From positions 1,810-65,809 of the forward strand of contig JAZNNG010000077.1 in NCBI GenBank assembly GCA_045580165.1: a stretch of 64,000 nucleotides of DNA, written 5' to 3'. Origin of the DNA: Eubacteriales bacterium (lineage in GTDB: Bacteria > Bacillota > Clostridia > Oscillospirales > CAG-272). Below are positions 8,171 to 16,681 of this stretch, piece by piece (the stretch's first letter is position 1; each line of letters begins with the position of its first letter). A program made the translations under genes and the position numbers. The notes below the pieces were generated by a model. It did no database searches. It worked only from the letters and a program-made list of their open reading frames with translations, and had not been told where the DNA came from.

Positions 8171-9493
8171 ATGAATTTAGCATTACTTTTAACCGCGCTT
8201 TTGTTTTTGGTAAACCCGTCGGTAGCGGTTTTTGACCTGTTACCGGACTTTTTTGTGTGGCTTATAATACTCAAGCTTATCAGACGGGTAAGGTATTTGT
8301 CCGTCAAGATGAATATTGCCGCCGAATACGCGCTCAAATCTGCGTGGGTGGGCTTTGGACGAATTGCGGCATTTTTTCTGATACCGTACGTAGACGGTAC
8401 GATGGAGCTTACACTAACGTTCGTTTTCTGCATTATGGAGCTTGTGTGGGGACTTCCCGCAATCAAGTTGATTCTCGGCGGAATAGTCGAGCTTTCCGAG
8501 CTTTACGGCGGAACTGCGGTGTATAAGCCTGTATACAGACTAAAATCAGAAGGAATACGCACGGTACAAACTATAACGGTCTGGTTCTGGTCCGCAAAGG
8601 CCGTGCTCAACGTGTTACCCGAGTTCTTTGAGCTCACTGGTCAGTCCTCCGATATTTTAAGTGAGGGAGTAAGACCGCTTATTTCCTTTAAGCCGCTTGC
8701 TTACTATTTTACCTTGGGAACAACCGCGTTACTCGGTATTGTTCTCATTGTTCTTGTAATGCCGCTTTTTAAACGAGTATTTTCCGACAAGCCTATGCTT
8801 GAAAAGGTAAATGCGACATATACCGAAAAATACGTTGACACGGGGATACATAATGCAAGACGCCTGATCGGTTCTCTTATGCTTGTTATCGTTGCAGGAC
8901 TGTTTGTTTTCAGCCTTATGCTTGACTCAATGAACGTAATGCCGAGATTTTTGTTCCCGATACTCGTTTTGTGGGCTACTGGCGGTATAAAAGCCTCGGG
9001 ATATAAAACTAAGGGTATTGTAATAACCTCGGTTGTGTCTACCGTTCTTTCGATAGCTTCGTATGCTTTAAGGTGGGTATTCGTTATAGTCCACGGATAT
9101 TTCGCCATCTCTCAAAGCTTTGAGGCTTACGACTTCTTTGCGCTTACATATACTTTCGTCTTTGCCGAAATGATCTCGTTTGCCGTGCTATACCTTATGA
9201 TTTCTCGTCTTATTATGAGAGTCGCCACTGATAATACTGCTGTCAAGGCGCTTACCGATTACCGTATTGACGCATATGAAAGGCGAGAGCTTAAGAAAAT
9301 TAAAATCAAAGCTGTTTTCGCTGCGGTCTTCTTTGCTATCGGAGCCATTATAACGGCAGATTCGTTTATTCTATACGCTACCTTCTCCGAGATATGGATG
9401 ATCGTGCTCGCTATTGACGTTATATGGTTCCTTTTGACTTATTCGACGTATATGGACGTAAAGGAAAGAATAGAGAATAAATACCTTATCTGA
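8171..9493 (+). CDS. Hypothetical polytopic membrane protein (440 aa)
   Basis: At least 10 hydrophobic segments, 21 nt after the preceding gene and 14 nt before topB. I recognise no family. Confidence 0.6.
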   Translation: MNLALLLTALLFLVNPSVAVFDLLPDFFVWLIILKLIRRVRYLSVKMNIAAEYALKSAWVGFGRIAAFFLIPYVDGTMELTLTFVFCIMELVWGLPAIKLILGGIVELSELYGGTAVYKPVYRLKSEGIRTVQTITVWFWSAKAVLNVLPEFFELTGQSSDILSEGVRPLISFKPLAYYFTLGTTALLGIVLIVLVMPLFKRVFSDKPMLEKVNATYTEKYVDTGIHNARRLIGSLMLVIVAGLFVFSLMLDSMNVMPRFLFPILVLWATGGIKASGYKTKGIVITSVVSTVLSIASYALRWVFVIVHGYFAISQSFEAYDFFALTYTFVFAEMISFAVLYLMISRLIMRVATDNTAVKALTDYRIDAYERRELKKIKIKAVFAAVFFAIGAIITADSFILYATFSEIWMIVLAIDVIWFLLTYSTYMDVKERIENKYLI

Positions 9494-9507
9494 AACGGAT
9501 TATAAAA

Positions 9508-11718
9508 ATGAAACTGATAATAGCCGAAAAGCCGTCGCTTGCCAGAAACATTGCCTCGAGTATCGGCAATATGAGCAAGCGTTCAAGCTACTTTGAAAAT
9601 AATGAATATATAGTGACGTGGGCGTTCGGCCATTTGTTTTCGCTTTGTGACATCGACGATTATAATCCTAATCCCGACGGCAGCAAGCGTTGGAGTATGG
9701 ACAATCTTCCGTGCTTTCCTGATAAGTTTATGTTCAGACTCAGACAGGATGAAAATAAGCAGACCGATTCCGGTGTCGAAAGACAGTTTAACGTTATTAA
9801 GGAGCTTTGCGAGAGGGCGGACGTTGACACCGTAATAAACGCTGGCGACTCTGACCGAGAGGGCGAGATCATAATCAGACTTTGCGTAAACAACACACGC
9901 GCGTTCGAGCTTGGCAAAGCCTTCAAGCGCCTGTGGCTTCCCGATCAGACCCCAGAAACCATACGCTCGGCGCTTGCCGAAATGAAGGATGAGAGCGAAT
10001 ACGAAAGCCTCGCAAACGAGGGCTTTGCGAGAACCTATATAGACTGGCTCTACGGAGTAAATCTTACTCGCTATGCAACCCTTAAATGCGGAACGCTTTT
10101 GCGTGTCGGCAGAGTAATAATCCCCATAGTCAAGGCAATTTATGACCGCGATATGGCGATAAGAAGCTTCAAGCCCGAAAAATATTACACCATTGCGAGC
10201 AAAACAGAGCGCGACGGCGAAAAGATAGAGCTTATAAGTAAGAATAAATACTCGGCAAGCGAGCTTGACCGCGCAAAGCGTGACTGTGAGCTTTATAATG
10301 CCGCCGAAACCGTTGTGGTCGGCAGAAAAAGCAAAAAGGACACAATGTCTCCGGGTAAGCTCTATTCACTTTCAAAGCTTCAGAATTACCTCGGCAAGAA
10401 GTTCAAGATGCCGATGGAAAAGAGCCTTGCAATAGTGCAGAAGCTTTACGAGGAGGGCTACGTTACCTACCCGAGAACAAACAGTGAATATCTTGCAACC
10501 GCAGAGCAGGATAAGATCAAAAAAATACTTGAGGGAATACGCAAGATAGGCTATCCCGTAAAGTTCAAATTCAGTAAGACAATATTTGACGACTCAAAGA
10601 TAGAATCCCACTCAGCGCTTACTCCTACGTATAAGATACCCGACAAGAATAAACTGTCACCCGAAGAAATGCATGTGTATTCTACCATACTGCGCCGCTT
10701 CGTTGCAGTATTTTGCGAGCTTGAATGTAAGGTTGAAAAGACCGAGATAAAGATCAAAACGGGAGATCTTGAGGAGTTTGTGCTCAAGGGTACGGTTATC
10801 GTCGAGCCCGGTTGGACTAAGTTTGACGATTATACTCAAAAGGACAAAATCCTGCCGAAGCTCGAAAATGGAGATATTATAGAAACCGCGTTTGAGCCTC
10901 TTGAAAAGGAAACCAATCCGCCAAAGCACTATACCATTGAGACACTTAACAACTATCTTAAAAATCCCTTTAAGGAAGAAAAAAGCCAGGCGTCAGAAAA
11001 CGAAAGCGACGAAGAAGATTACAAGGCTATCTTCGAGGGACTTGAGCTTGGTACCGAGGCAACGAGAACGGGCATTATCGAAAACGCAAGAAAAAGTAAT
11101 TACATAAAGCTTACTAAAGACGTATATACAATTCTTCCCGATGGGGAATATCTTATCGACGCCCTTGTCAGAATGAATATTTCAATGGATAAGTATAAGA
11201 CGAGCGAGCTTGGTAAGGCGCTCAAGGGAGTTTACCGAGGCGAGCTTACGGTTGACGATAGCGTTGAGCTTGCCGAGAGGGAGATAAGCGAGGTGTTTGC
11301 TCGCCGCGAGCTCCCCCCCGAAACAGATACGTACGACGGATTCTTCGGTGACGTTATCGGCAAATGCCCGGTATGCGCCAAGGAAATAGTGAAGGGTAGA
11401 TACGGCTACGGCTGCAGAGGCTACAAGGAAGGCTGTAAATTCAAGATAGGCGGAGTGATATGCTCTCGCGTGATCTCTGTAACGAATGCAAAAATGATAC
11501 TTGAAACAGGCAGATCCTCTAAAATTCAAGGCTTCGTATCAAAAAGCGGCAAACCGTTTGACGCATATCTTAAGCTTGAGGGCGATAAGGTTATTTTTGA
11601 GTTTGATAATGACCGTCCCCAAAAGCCTCAGTCAATCGTAAATGCTCCCGTTGGATTTACAAACAGACACATACCGTCAAGCGAGGATCTTTCGTTTCTT
11701 GACTCAATAACCGAATAA
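9508..11718 (+). CDS. topB: DNA topoisomerase III
   Basis: Toprim N-terminus (MKLIIAEKPSLARNIA, DSDREGE), catalytic Tyr region (YVTYPRTNSEYL) and C-terminal Cys-rich zinc-finger region (CPVCAKE...GYGCRGYKEGCKF). Confidence 0.93.
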   Translation: MKLIIAEKPSLARNIASSIGNMSKRSSYFENNEYIVTWAFGHLFSLCDIDDYNPNPDGSKRWSMDNLPCFPDKFMFRLRQDENKQTDSGVERQFNVIKELCERADVDTVINAGDSDREGEIIIRLCVNNTRAFELGKAFKRLWLPDQTPETIRSALAEMKDESEYESLANEGFARTYIDWLYGVNLTRYATLKCGTLLRVGRVIIPIVKAIYDRDMAIRSFKPEKYYTIASKTERDGEKIELISKNKYSASELDRAKRDCELYNAAETVVVGRKSKKDTMSPGKLYSLSKLQNYLGKKFKMPMEKSLAIVQKLYEEGYVTYPRTNSEYLATAEQDKIKKILEGIRKIGYPVKFKFSKTIFDDSKIESHSALTPTYKIPDKNKLSPEEMHVYSTILRRFVAVFCELECKVEKTEIKIKTGDLEEFVLKGTVIVEPGWTKFDDYTQKDKILPKLENGDIIETAFEPLEKETNPPKHYTIETLNNYLKNPFKEEKSQASENESDEEDYKAIFEGLELGTEATRTGIIENARKSNYIKLTKDVYTILPDGEYLIDALVRMNISMDKYKTSELGKALKGVYRGELTVDDSVELAEREISEVFARRELPPETDTYDGFFGDVIGKCPVCAKEIVKGRYGYGCRGYKEGCKFKIGGVICSRVISVTNAKMILETGRSSKIQGFVSKSGKPFDAYLKLEGDKVIFEFDNDRPQKPQSIVNAPVGFTNRHIPSSEDLSFLDSITE

Positions 11719-11725
11719 AGAGAAA

Positions 11726-11753
11726 GCATACACGCGGGAGGCCGCGTGTATGC
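11726..11753. terminator. Bidirectional stem-loop after topB
   Basis: GCATACACGCGG-GAGG-CCGCGTGTATGC perfect 12-bp stem. Confidence 0.65.
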
Positions 11754-11786
11754 TTTGCACAAATATAGGAGGGTATTTGATATACT

Positions 11787-11924
11787 TTATCTGTTGCTGT
11801 CCTGGTTGTTGCTATTCTTGTTCTGGCTATTGTTCTGATTCTTGTTCTGGTTTTTGTTCTGGTAGTTCTGATTGTTGTTTTCGTTCTTGTTCTGATTTTT
11901 GTTCTGGTAGTTCTGGTTCTGCAT
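11787..11924 (-). CDS. Candidate 45-aa Asn/Gln-rich tandem-repeat micro-protein
   Basis: My translation is MQNQNYQNKNQNKNENNNQNYQNKNQNKNQNNSQNKNSNNQDSNR. GGAAAGGA lies 10 nt upstream. All 10 Gln codons are CAG and 16 of 21 Asn codons are AAC. It ends 33 nt before the bidirectional terminator. It is below the ORF-track cutoff. Confidence 0.35.
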   Translation of the reverse strand: MQNQNYQNKNQNKNENNNQNYQNKNQNKNQNNSQNKNSNNQDSNR

Positions 11925-12051
11925 TGAAATTAATTCCTTTCCGCATATCACGAGTGTAAATGTGTTTCATTTACGGTATTATTGTTTCACGCGGCGCGAA
12001 AAGTATGCAGACGCAACGATACCATTATTTTCATTTTGTAAAGGTCATTTT

Positions 12052-12789
12052 ATGAGCGATTTATTTATAACCGAAATAAACGAAAAAATTAAAATTTATC
12101 AAAAAAAAGACGGACTTACCTTTGGAACGGACGCCTATTTGCTATACGCGTATATGAAAACGCGAAAGAATGCCATTGGAGCTGACCTCGGCAGCGGAAC
12201 GGGTGTAATATCTCTGCTTGCCGCGTCGAAGGGAAAGCTTTCGTATATCCACGCCATTGAAATACAAAAGGATTTTTGCGACATAATTGATAAAAATACC
12301 GAGTTGAACGCACTATCCCATAAAATCACCTCACACAACTGCGATGTTCGTGATCTTCCTGACACGCTTGTCGAAGCGCTCGACGTAGTCTTTACCAATC
12401 CGCCTTATATGAGGTCGGATAGAGGACTTTCAAATCAAGCAGACTGTAAAAACATAGCCCGTCACGAGCAAAACGGTACTATATACGATTTTGCGTCCGC
12501 AGGCGCGAGATTGCTAAAATTCGGCGGATACTTTTACGCGGTCTACCGTCCCGACAGACTTTGTGACCTTATTTGCGCTCTTCGAGAATATAAACTGGAG
12601 CCCAAGCGTATAACCTTTGTTTACCCGACGGTAAGCTCAAAGCCGTGCCTTGTGCTCGTTGAAGCAAAAAAAGGTGCAGGCGTATCGGCGGTTGTAACGA
12701 AGCCTCTTATAATGAACGGTGAGGACGGTAAATATACCCCCGAGCTTGACTATATTTACAATAACGGAGAATTTGATGAGCAGTATTAA
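12052..12789 (+). CDS. SAM-dependent N6-adenine methyltransferase, TrmN6/YfiC-like (tRNA m6A37 type)
   Basis: GxGxG SAM motif (DLGSGTGVISL) and NPPY motif (VFTNPPYM). ATG at 12052; the longer track ORF N-terminus is unsupported. Confidence 0.75.
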   Translation: MSDLFITEINEKIKIYQKKDGLTFGTDAYLLYAYMKTRKNAIGADLGSGTGVISLLAASKGKLSYIHAIEIQKDFCDIIDKNTELNALSHKITSHNCDVRDLPDTLVEALDVVFTNPPYMRSDRGLSNQADCKNIARHEQNGTIYDFASAGARLLKFGGYFYAVYRPDRLCDLICALREYKLEPKRITFVYPTVSSKPCLVLVEAKKGAGVSAVVTKPLIMNGEDGKYTPELDYIYNNGEFDEQY

Positions 12790-13663
12790 AAATCCCGACA
12801 GAAGCTATTCGGTTGAAAAAAACGCAATACTCAAGGGACACCTGTATCTCGTAGCAACACCGATAGGAAACCTTGCCGATCTCTCCGAGAGGGCGGTAAA
12901 GACCTTGTCTGAGGTCGATTTCGTAGCGGCAGAGGACACGAGAAACACGGCACTTTTACTGTCGCGCCTCGGTATAAAAAAGTCCCTTATCAGCTACTAT
13001 GAGCACAATAAGCGCGAGCGCGGCGAGGTTATATGCGAGAGAATCAAGGCAGGAGAGTCCTGCGCTCTCGTTACCGACGCGGGAACGCCTGCAATAAGCG
13101 ACCCCGGTGAGGATATTGTAAAGCTATGCGCCGAGATGGATATTCCCGTGACTGCGGTACCGGGTCCCTGCGCGGCAATAGACGCGCTTATATTATCGGG
13201 ACTTTTCACGGGCAGATTTGCGTTTGAGGGCTTCCTTTCGGCAAACAAAGCCGAAAGAAGACGCCGCTTTGAAGACGTTAAGAGCGAAAAGAGAACTATG
13301 ATTTTTTACGAAGCGCCACACAAGCTCAAGACAACCCTTGCAGATATGCTTGACGTTTTCGGAGCTGACAGAAAAATCACACTTTGCCGTGAGCTCACAA
13401 AGCTTAATGAGGAAATAATGCGTACAAGCCTCGGCGACGCCAACGAATATTATTCACATAACGAGCCGAGAGGCGAATACGTCCTCGTTCTTGAGGGAAT
13501 AAGCGACGATGAGCTTAATAAGGACGCGTTTTATGTCAATATGACCGTTAAGGAGCACGTAGAGGAATATATGTCGCGCGGGATGAGCAAAATGGACGCC
13601 ATGAAGGCGACTGCACGTGACAGAGGCGTGTCAAAGAGCGAGATCTATAAGGAAATGTGTTAA
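12776..13663 (+). CDS. rsmI: 16S rRNA (cytidine1402-2'-O)-methyltransferase
   Basis: LYLVATPIGNLADLSERA, TDAGTPAISDPG and the tetrapyrrole-methylase fold. The start overlaps the upstream gene end. Confidence 0.9.
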   Translation: MSSIKNPDRSYSVEKNAILKGHLYLVATPIGNLADLSERAVKTLSEVDFVAAEDTRNTALLLSRLGIKKSLISYYEHNKRERGEVICERIKAGESCALVTDAGTPAISDPGEDIVKLCAEMDIPVTAVPGPCAAIDALILSGLFTGRFAFEGFLSANKAERRRRFEDVKSEKRTMIFYEAPHKLKTTLADMLDVFGADRKITLCRELTKLNEEIMRTSLGDANEYYSHNEPRGEYVLVLEGISDDELNKDAFYVNMTVKEHVEEYMSRGMSKMDAMKATARDRGVSKSEIYKEMC

Positions 13664-13773
13664 TAAAAAACGGCTTCACAGTGAGTGAGGCCGTTTTTGT
13701 TTGAATTGGTATATTTGCAAAATCTGTCGGCAGGGAAGGGGGGTGAACCTGCCGAATCCCCCGTTTTTTTTGC

Positions 13774-14898
13774 TTATTCGATTGCCTTTTTCGCAAGCTT
13801 TATCGCAAAGTCGCATATCCTGCGCGTAGAATCGGGGTGAGCGTATATAGAAATACACTTTTTCATCGCTTCAAGCCGTCCGGGCACGTTGAAAAGAGTG
13901 AACACTATCTCCTCAAGTGTGTATGTAGGAGTGACCGCCATAGCGCACCCGTTGTTTACAAGAAACTCTGTGTTCCTGTCCTCTTGACCGGGAATGGGGT
14001 TGATTATTATCATCGGAAGACCTTTGGCGAGTGCCTCAGAGCTTGTAAGACCGCCGGGCTTTGTTATGATGCAGTCCGCCGCATCCATAAGCTCGTCTAC
14101 GTTAGAAGTAAAGCCGAAATTCAGAACGGTTTTGGAGTATGTTCTTGAGTCTATTTTTGCTTTGCTCGTCTTGTTGCTTCCGCAAACCGATATTATCTGA
14201 AAATCGCTCATAATACTGTCAAGCCTGTCAACGGTCTTTACAATGTTACCGTAACCCATAGAACCGCCCATAAGAAGTATCACGTTTCTGTCGGGGTCAA
14301 GTCCGAGGCGGAGCTTTGCTTCTCGTTTGTCAACTTGATTTTCAAACTTCGGACTTATCGGTATACCGAAGGGAAGTATCTGACCGTCGTGAAATCCTTT
14401 TTCTCTTGCTTTAAGATATAAGGATTCGTTTGGCACCACAACGTAGTCGAGGTCGTCGCCCTCCTCCCAATACGGGTGAAAAGCGAAGTCGGTGAGGATC
14501 GCTATTGATTTCGCGCGTAGCTTTTGCTCGCTTTTGATAACATCAACAAATATACCGGCGTATACGTGCGTGCATATGATCAAGTCGGGATCAAAGCTGT
14601 CTATGTACTTTTTTAGCTTTTGAGAAAGCATTTTAGCAGTTATCCTCGTAGGATTAAGCTCATCGATCGTTTTCTTTCTCATTTCAGCGAGTCTGTACGC
14701 ACCCTTGTACGCAAGCTTTGCGCGGCTTGATATAAAAAGGTAACCCTTGTCAACGGTTTTACCGAGAAGCTTGTTAATGTATCTCATGGTGTCGAGTACT
14801 CTTACCTCAGCGCCCAATCCCATAAGACGCTCCGAGAGCGCCTTTGCCGTAGAGTTGTGACCCTGACCGGCAGTAACGGATAAAATCAAAATTTTCAT
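13774..14898 (-). CDS. Diacylglycerol glycosyltransferase (MGDG synthase/UgtP-like, GT28)
   Basis: MKILILSVTAGQGHNSTAKAL N-terminus and C-terminal ITKPGGLTSSEA...PGQEDRN motif, as in B. subtilis UgtP. Confidence 0.85.
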   Translation of the reverse strand: MKILILSVTAGQGHNSTAKALSERLMGLGAEVRVLDTMRYINKLLGKTVDKGYLFISSRAKLAYKGAYRLAEMRKKTIDELNPTRITAKMLSQKLKKYIDSFDPDLIICTHVYAGIFVDVIKSEQKLRAKSIAILTDFAFHPYWEEGDDLDYVVVPNESLYLKAREKGFHDGQILPFGIPISPKFENQVDKREAKLRLGLDPDRNVILLMGGSMGYGNIVKTVDRLDSIMSDFQIISVCGSNKTSKAKIDSRTYSKTVLNFGFTSNVDELMDAADCIITKPGGLTSSEALAKGLPMIIINPIPGQEDRNTEFLVNNGCAMAVTPTYTLEEIVFTLFNVPGRLEAMKKCISIYAHPDSTRRICDFAIKLAKKAIE

Positions 14899-15003
14899 AT
14901 AAATCATCCTTTCGGGAATCATCTAAGCTTGATTATATACTCTATCTGTTAATAAACTAAAAATAAACGGATAATATTTTGCAATCAAAGAAAGTTTTTG
15001 CCC

Positions 15004-15032
15004 TTGATTTTTTAAATAAAGTATGGTATAAT
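15004..15032 (+). promoter_or_regulatory. Sigma-A promoter for mgtC-like gene
   Basis: TTGATT-17 nt-TATAAT with an extended -10 TGn. The leader is only about 25 nt, so there is no room for an M-box. Confidence 0.5.
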
Positions 15033-15061
15033 CATTAAATACAAATTTGAGAGGTATAGAA

Positions 15062-15769
15062 TTGAAGAACGAATTGATACAAATTTTCTATGAAAACGTA
15101 AATTTTGAACAGCTTGAGTATTTCATAAGAATACTCCTTGCCTGCATTTGCGGCGCGATAATAGGACTTGAGAGAAGCAGCAGGCAAAAAGAGGCGGGAC
15201 TTCGTACACACATTATTCTTGCAATGGGAAGCGCCATTACTATGATAGTGTCAAAGTACGGTTTTTTTGATCTGCTCAATACATACGGAATAGACGCAGA
15301 CCCCAGCAGACTTGCTTCAAACATCGTAACGGGAATCTCGTTCCTCGGTGCAGGTGTAATATTCGTAAGAACCGGTACGATAAAGGGACTTACAACAGCA
15401 GCGGGAATGTGGACTACCGCGGCTATCGGTATAACTCTGGGCGCAGGAATGTATTTTATAGGGCTATCCTGTACGTTGCTTCTTCTGATATTGCAGATAG
15501 TATTGCACAGATTTTTACCTGCATCCGAGAAGTATACAACAAGCGAGCTTTCTATGACCGCAAAGAATACGCCGGACATTGTAGAAAAAATACAAAAAGA
15601 GCTCACTGAAAAAAAGATGAAGATAGTCGGTATGAAAATGAGCTACGCAGACGAAGGAAACATTAAGCTCAAATTTACCGTAAAGGCAAAGAAGGACTCG
15701 GGAATGAACAATATTATGAGTATAGTAAAGGATTGCCCGGAAATAATCAGTATAAGCGGAGAATTTTAA
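15062..15769 (+). CDS. mgtC: MgtC/SapB family membrane protein with C-terminal ACT-like domain
   Basis: GLERSSRQKEAGLRTHIILAMGSA and FLGAGVIF motifs. TTG at 15062 follows GAGAGG; TTG at 15047 is an alternative. Confidence 0.85.
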   Translation: MKNELIQIFYENVNFEQLEYFIRILLACICGAIIGLERSSRQKEAGLRTHIILAMGSAITMIVSKYGFFDLLNTYGIDADPSRLASNIVTGISFLGAGVIFVRTGTIKGLTTAAGMWTTAAIGITLGAGMYFIGLSCTLLLLILQIVLHRFLPASEKYTTSELSMTAKNTPDIVEKIQKELTEKKMKIVGMKMSYADEGNIKLKFTVKAKKDSGMNNIMSIVKDCPEIISISGEF

Positions 15770-15800
15770 GAAAAGCAACGCGCAAGCGTTGCTTTTCTTC

Positions 15801-15829
15801 TTGACATAAGGTGAAAACTGTGCTATACT
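15801..15829 (+). promoter_or_regulatory. Sigma-A promoter of tRNA-Leu
   Basis: TTGACA-17 nt-TATACT lies about 38 nt upstream of the mature tRNA 5' end. Confidence 0.6.
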
Positions 15830-15866
15830 GTAACGGTATCCGAAAAGAGTGCAGATACACGAATAT

Positions 15867-15950
15867 GCGCCTGTGGCGAAACTGGCAGACGCGCTAGACT
15901 TAGGATCTAGTGTCAATGACATGGGGGTTCAAGTCCCTTCAGGCGCACCA
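15867..15950 (+). tRNA. tRNA-Leu (anticodon UAG), class II with long variable arm, encoded CCA
   Basis: Acceptor GCGCCTG/CAGGCGC, anticodon stem CTAGA/TCTAG with loop CTTAGGA, T-loop TTCAAGT, 84 nt. Confidence 0.88.
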
Positions 15951-15953
15951 AAA

Positions 15954-15988
15954 AGAACGGTTATTTTGATAAATAACCGTTCTTTTTT
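15954..15988. terminator. Bidirectional terminator
   Basis: AGAACGGTTATTT-TGAT-AAATAACCGTTCT followed by TTTTTT. Confidence 0.7.
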
Positions 15989-16680
15989 CATATAAAAAAC
16001 TTTCTTTCAAACGTGTCCCTAAGCGGACGGCTTATCGCAATTATCATAAGCATCATTCCAATTATGAACAATGCCGAGAACGGATACACCGACCATCCGA
16101 TAAGCCTGTCAAATTTGAAGGTTATCATAAGCAAAAATTCAATAAAGGGCATAAACAGGGAAAGGGCTAAAATTCCGCCCGAAACCACGAATAAACGACC
16201 TTTTCGTAAATACTTAAACAGGGTAACTGCCGTTGTTATTACCACTCCGACAAACACCACTATCGGGAAAGCAAACGTTAAGAACCAATCGCCGTTTTGA
16301 ACTTGGTTTATGTAAAGCAGATATAGCCCAACGGTACCAAATACGCACGGAGTGAATATAACAGGGTTCGGTTTTTTGAACCATAACGGTAAAGCGACGC
16401 TCATGTAACCGATAACGAGCGCACCCGCAACGTATCCCGACCACGTAATGCTTCCGCTGATCCTCAGATCACACAGTATAGTGATAACAAGCGGTATAAT
16501 AAACAGAAATGTTAGGATAAACTGGAAAATTTTACCGTCTTTGCTTTTGGGGTATTCGTTTAAGGGATATAGATTTTCGGCGGGCTCTCGTTTGATGTCG
16601 GGATGATAGGGAACTGTGCCGCATAGAGGACACTTGCTTTCTGTGTCGGCGAGCTTTACGCCGCATTTTATACAATACAT
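15988..16680 (-). CDS. Zinc-ribbon membrane protein (230 aa)
   Basis: N-terminal CxxC...CxxC (MYCIKCGVKLADTESKCPLCG) followed by about 6 TM helices. ATG at 16680 follows AGGAG and lies 1 nt after the upstream stop. Confidence 0.7.
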   Translation of the reverse strand: MYCIKCGVKLADTESKCPLCGTVPYHPDIKREPAENLYPLNEYPKSKDGKIFQFILTFLFIIPLVITILCDLRISGSITWSGYVAGALVIGYMSVALPLWFKKPNPVIFTPCVFGTVGLYLLYINQVQNGDWFLTFAFPIVVFVGVVITTAVTLFKYLRKGRLFVVSGGILALSLFMPFIEFLLMITFKFDRLIGWSVYPFSALFIIGMMLMIIAISRPLRDTFERKFFI

Positions 16681-16681
16681 A

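Noticed and set aside
11790-11925. Repeat array as a possible CRISPR or minisatellite
   Set aside because: The units are 6-45 nt imperfect coding-type repeats without unique spacers or nearby cas genes, so this is not a CRISPR architecture.
11750-11959. 69-aa Cys/Ser/Gly-rich plus-strand ORF (possible metallothionein- or RiPP-like peptide)
   Set aside because: Its ATG lies inside the topB terminator hairpin, so there is no space for a promoter. Its codons are almost all T-ending and atypical for this genome, and no maturase or rSAM genes are adjacent. It is most likely the mirror image of the minus-strand N/Q-rich repeat ORF. I kept it as the alternative reading in the finding.
14899-15061. 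Possible Mg2+ (M-box) riboswitch upstream of the mgtC-like gene
   Set aside because: The promoter at 15004-15032 leaves only about 25 nt of leader, far too short for an M-box. No conserved M-box helices are seen.
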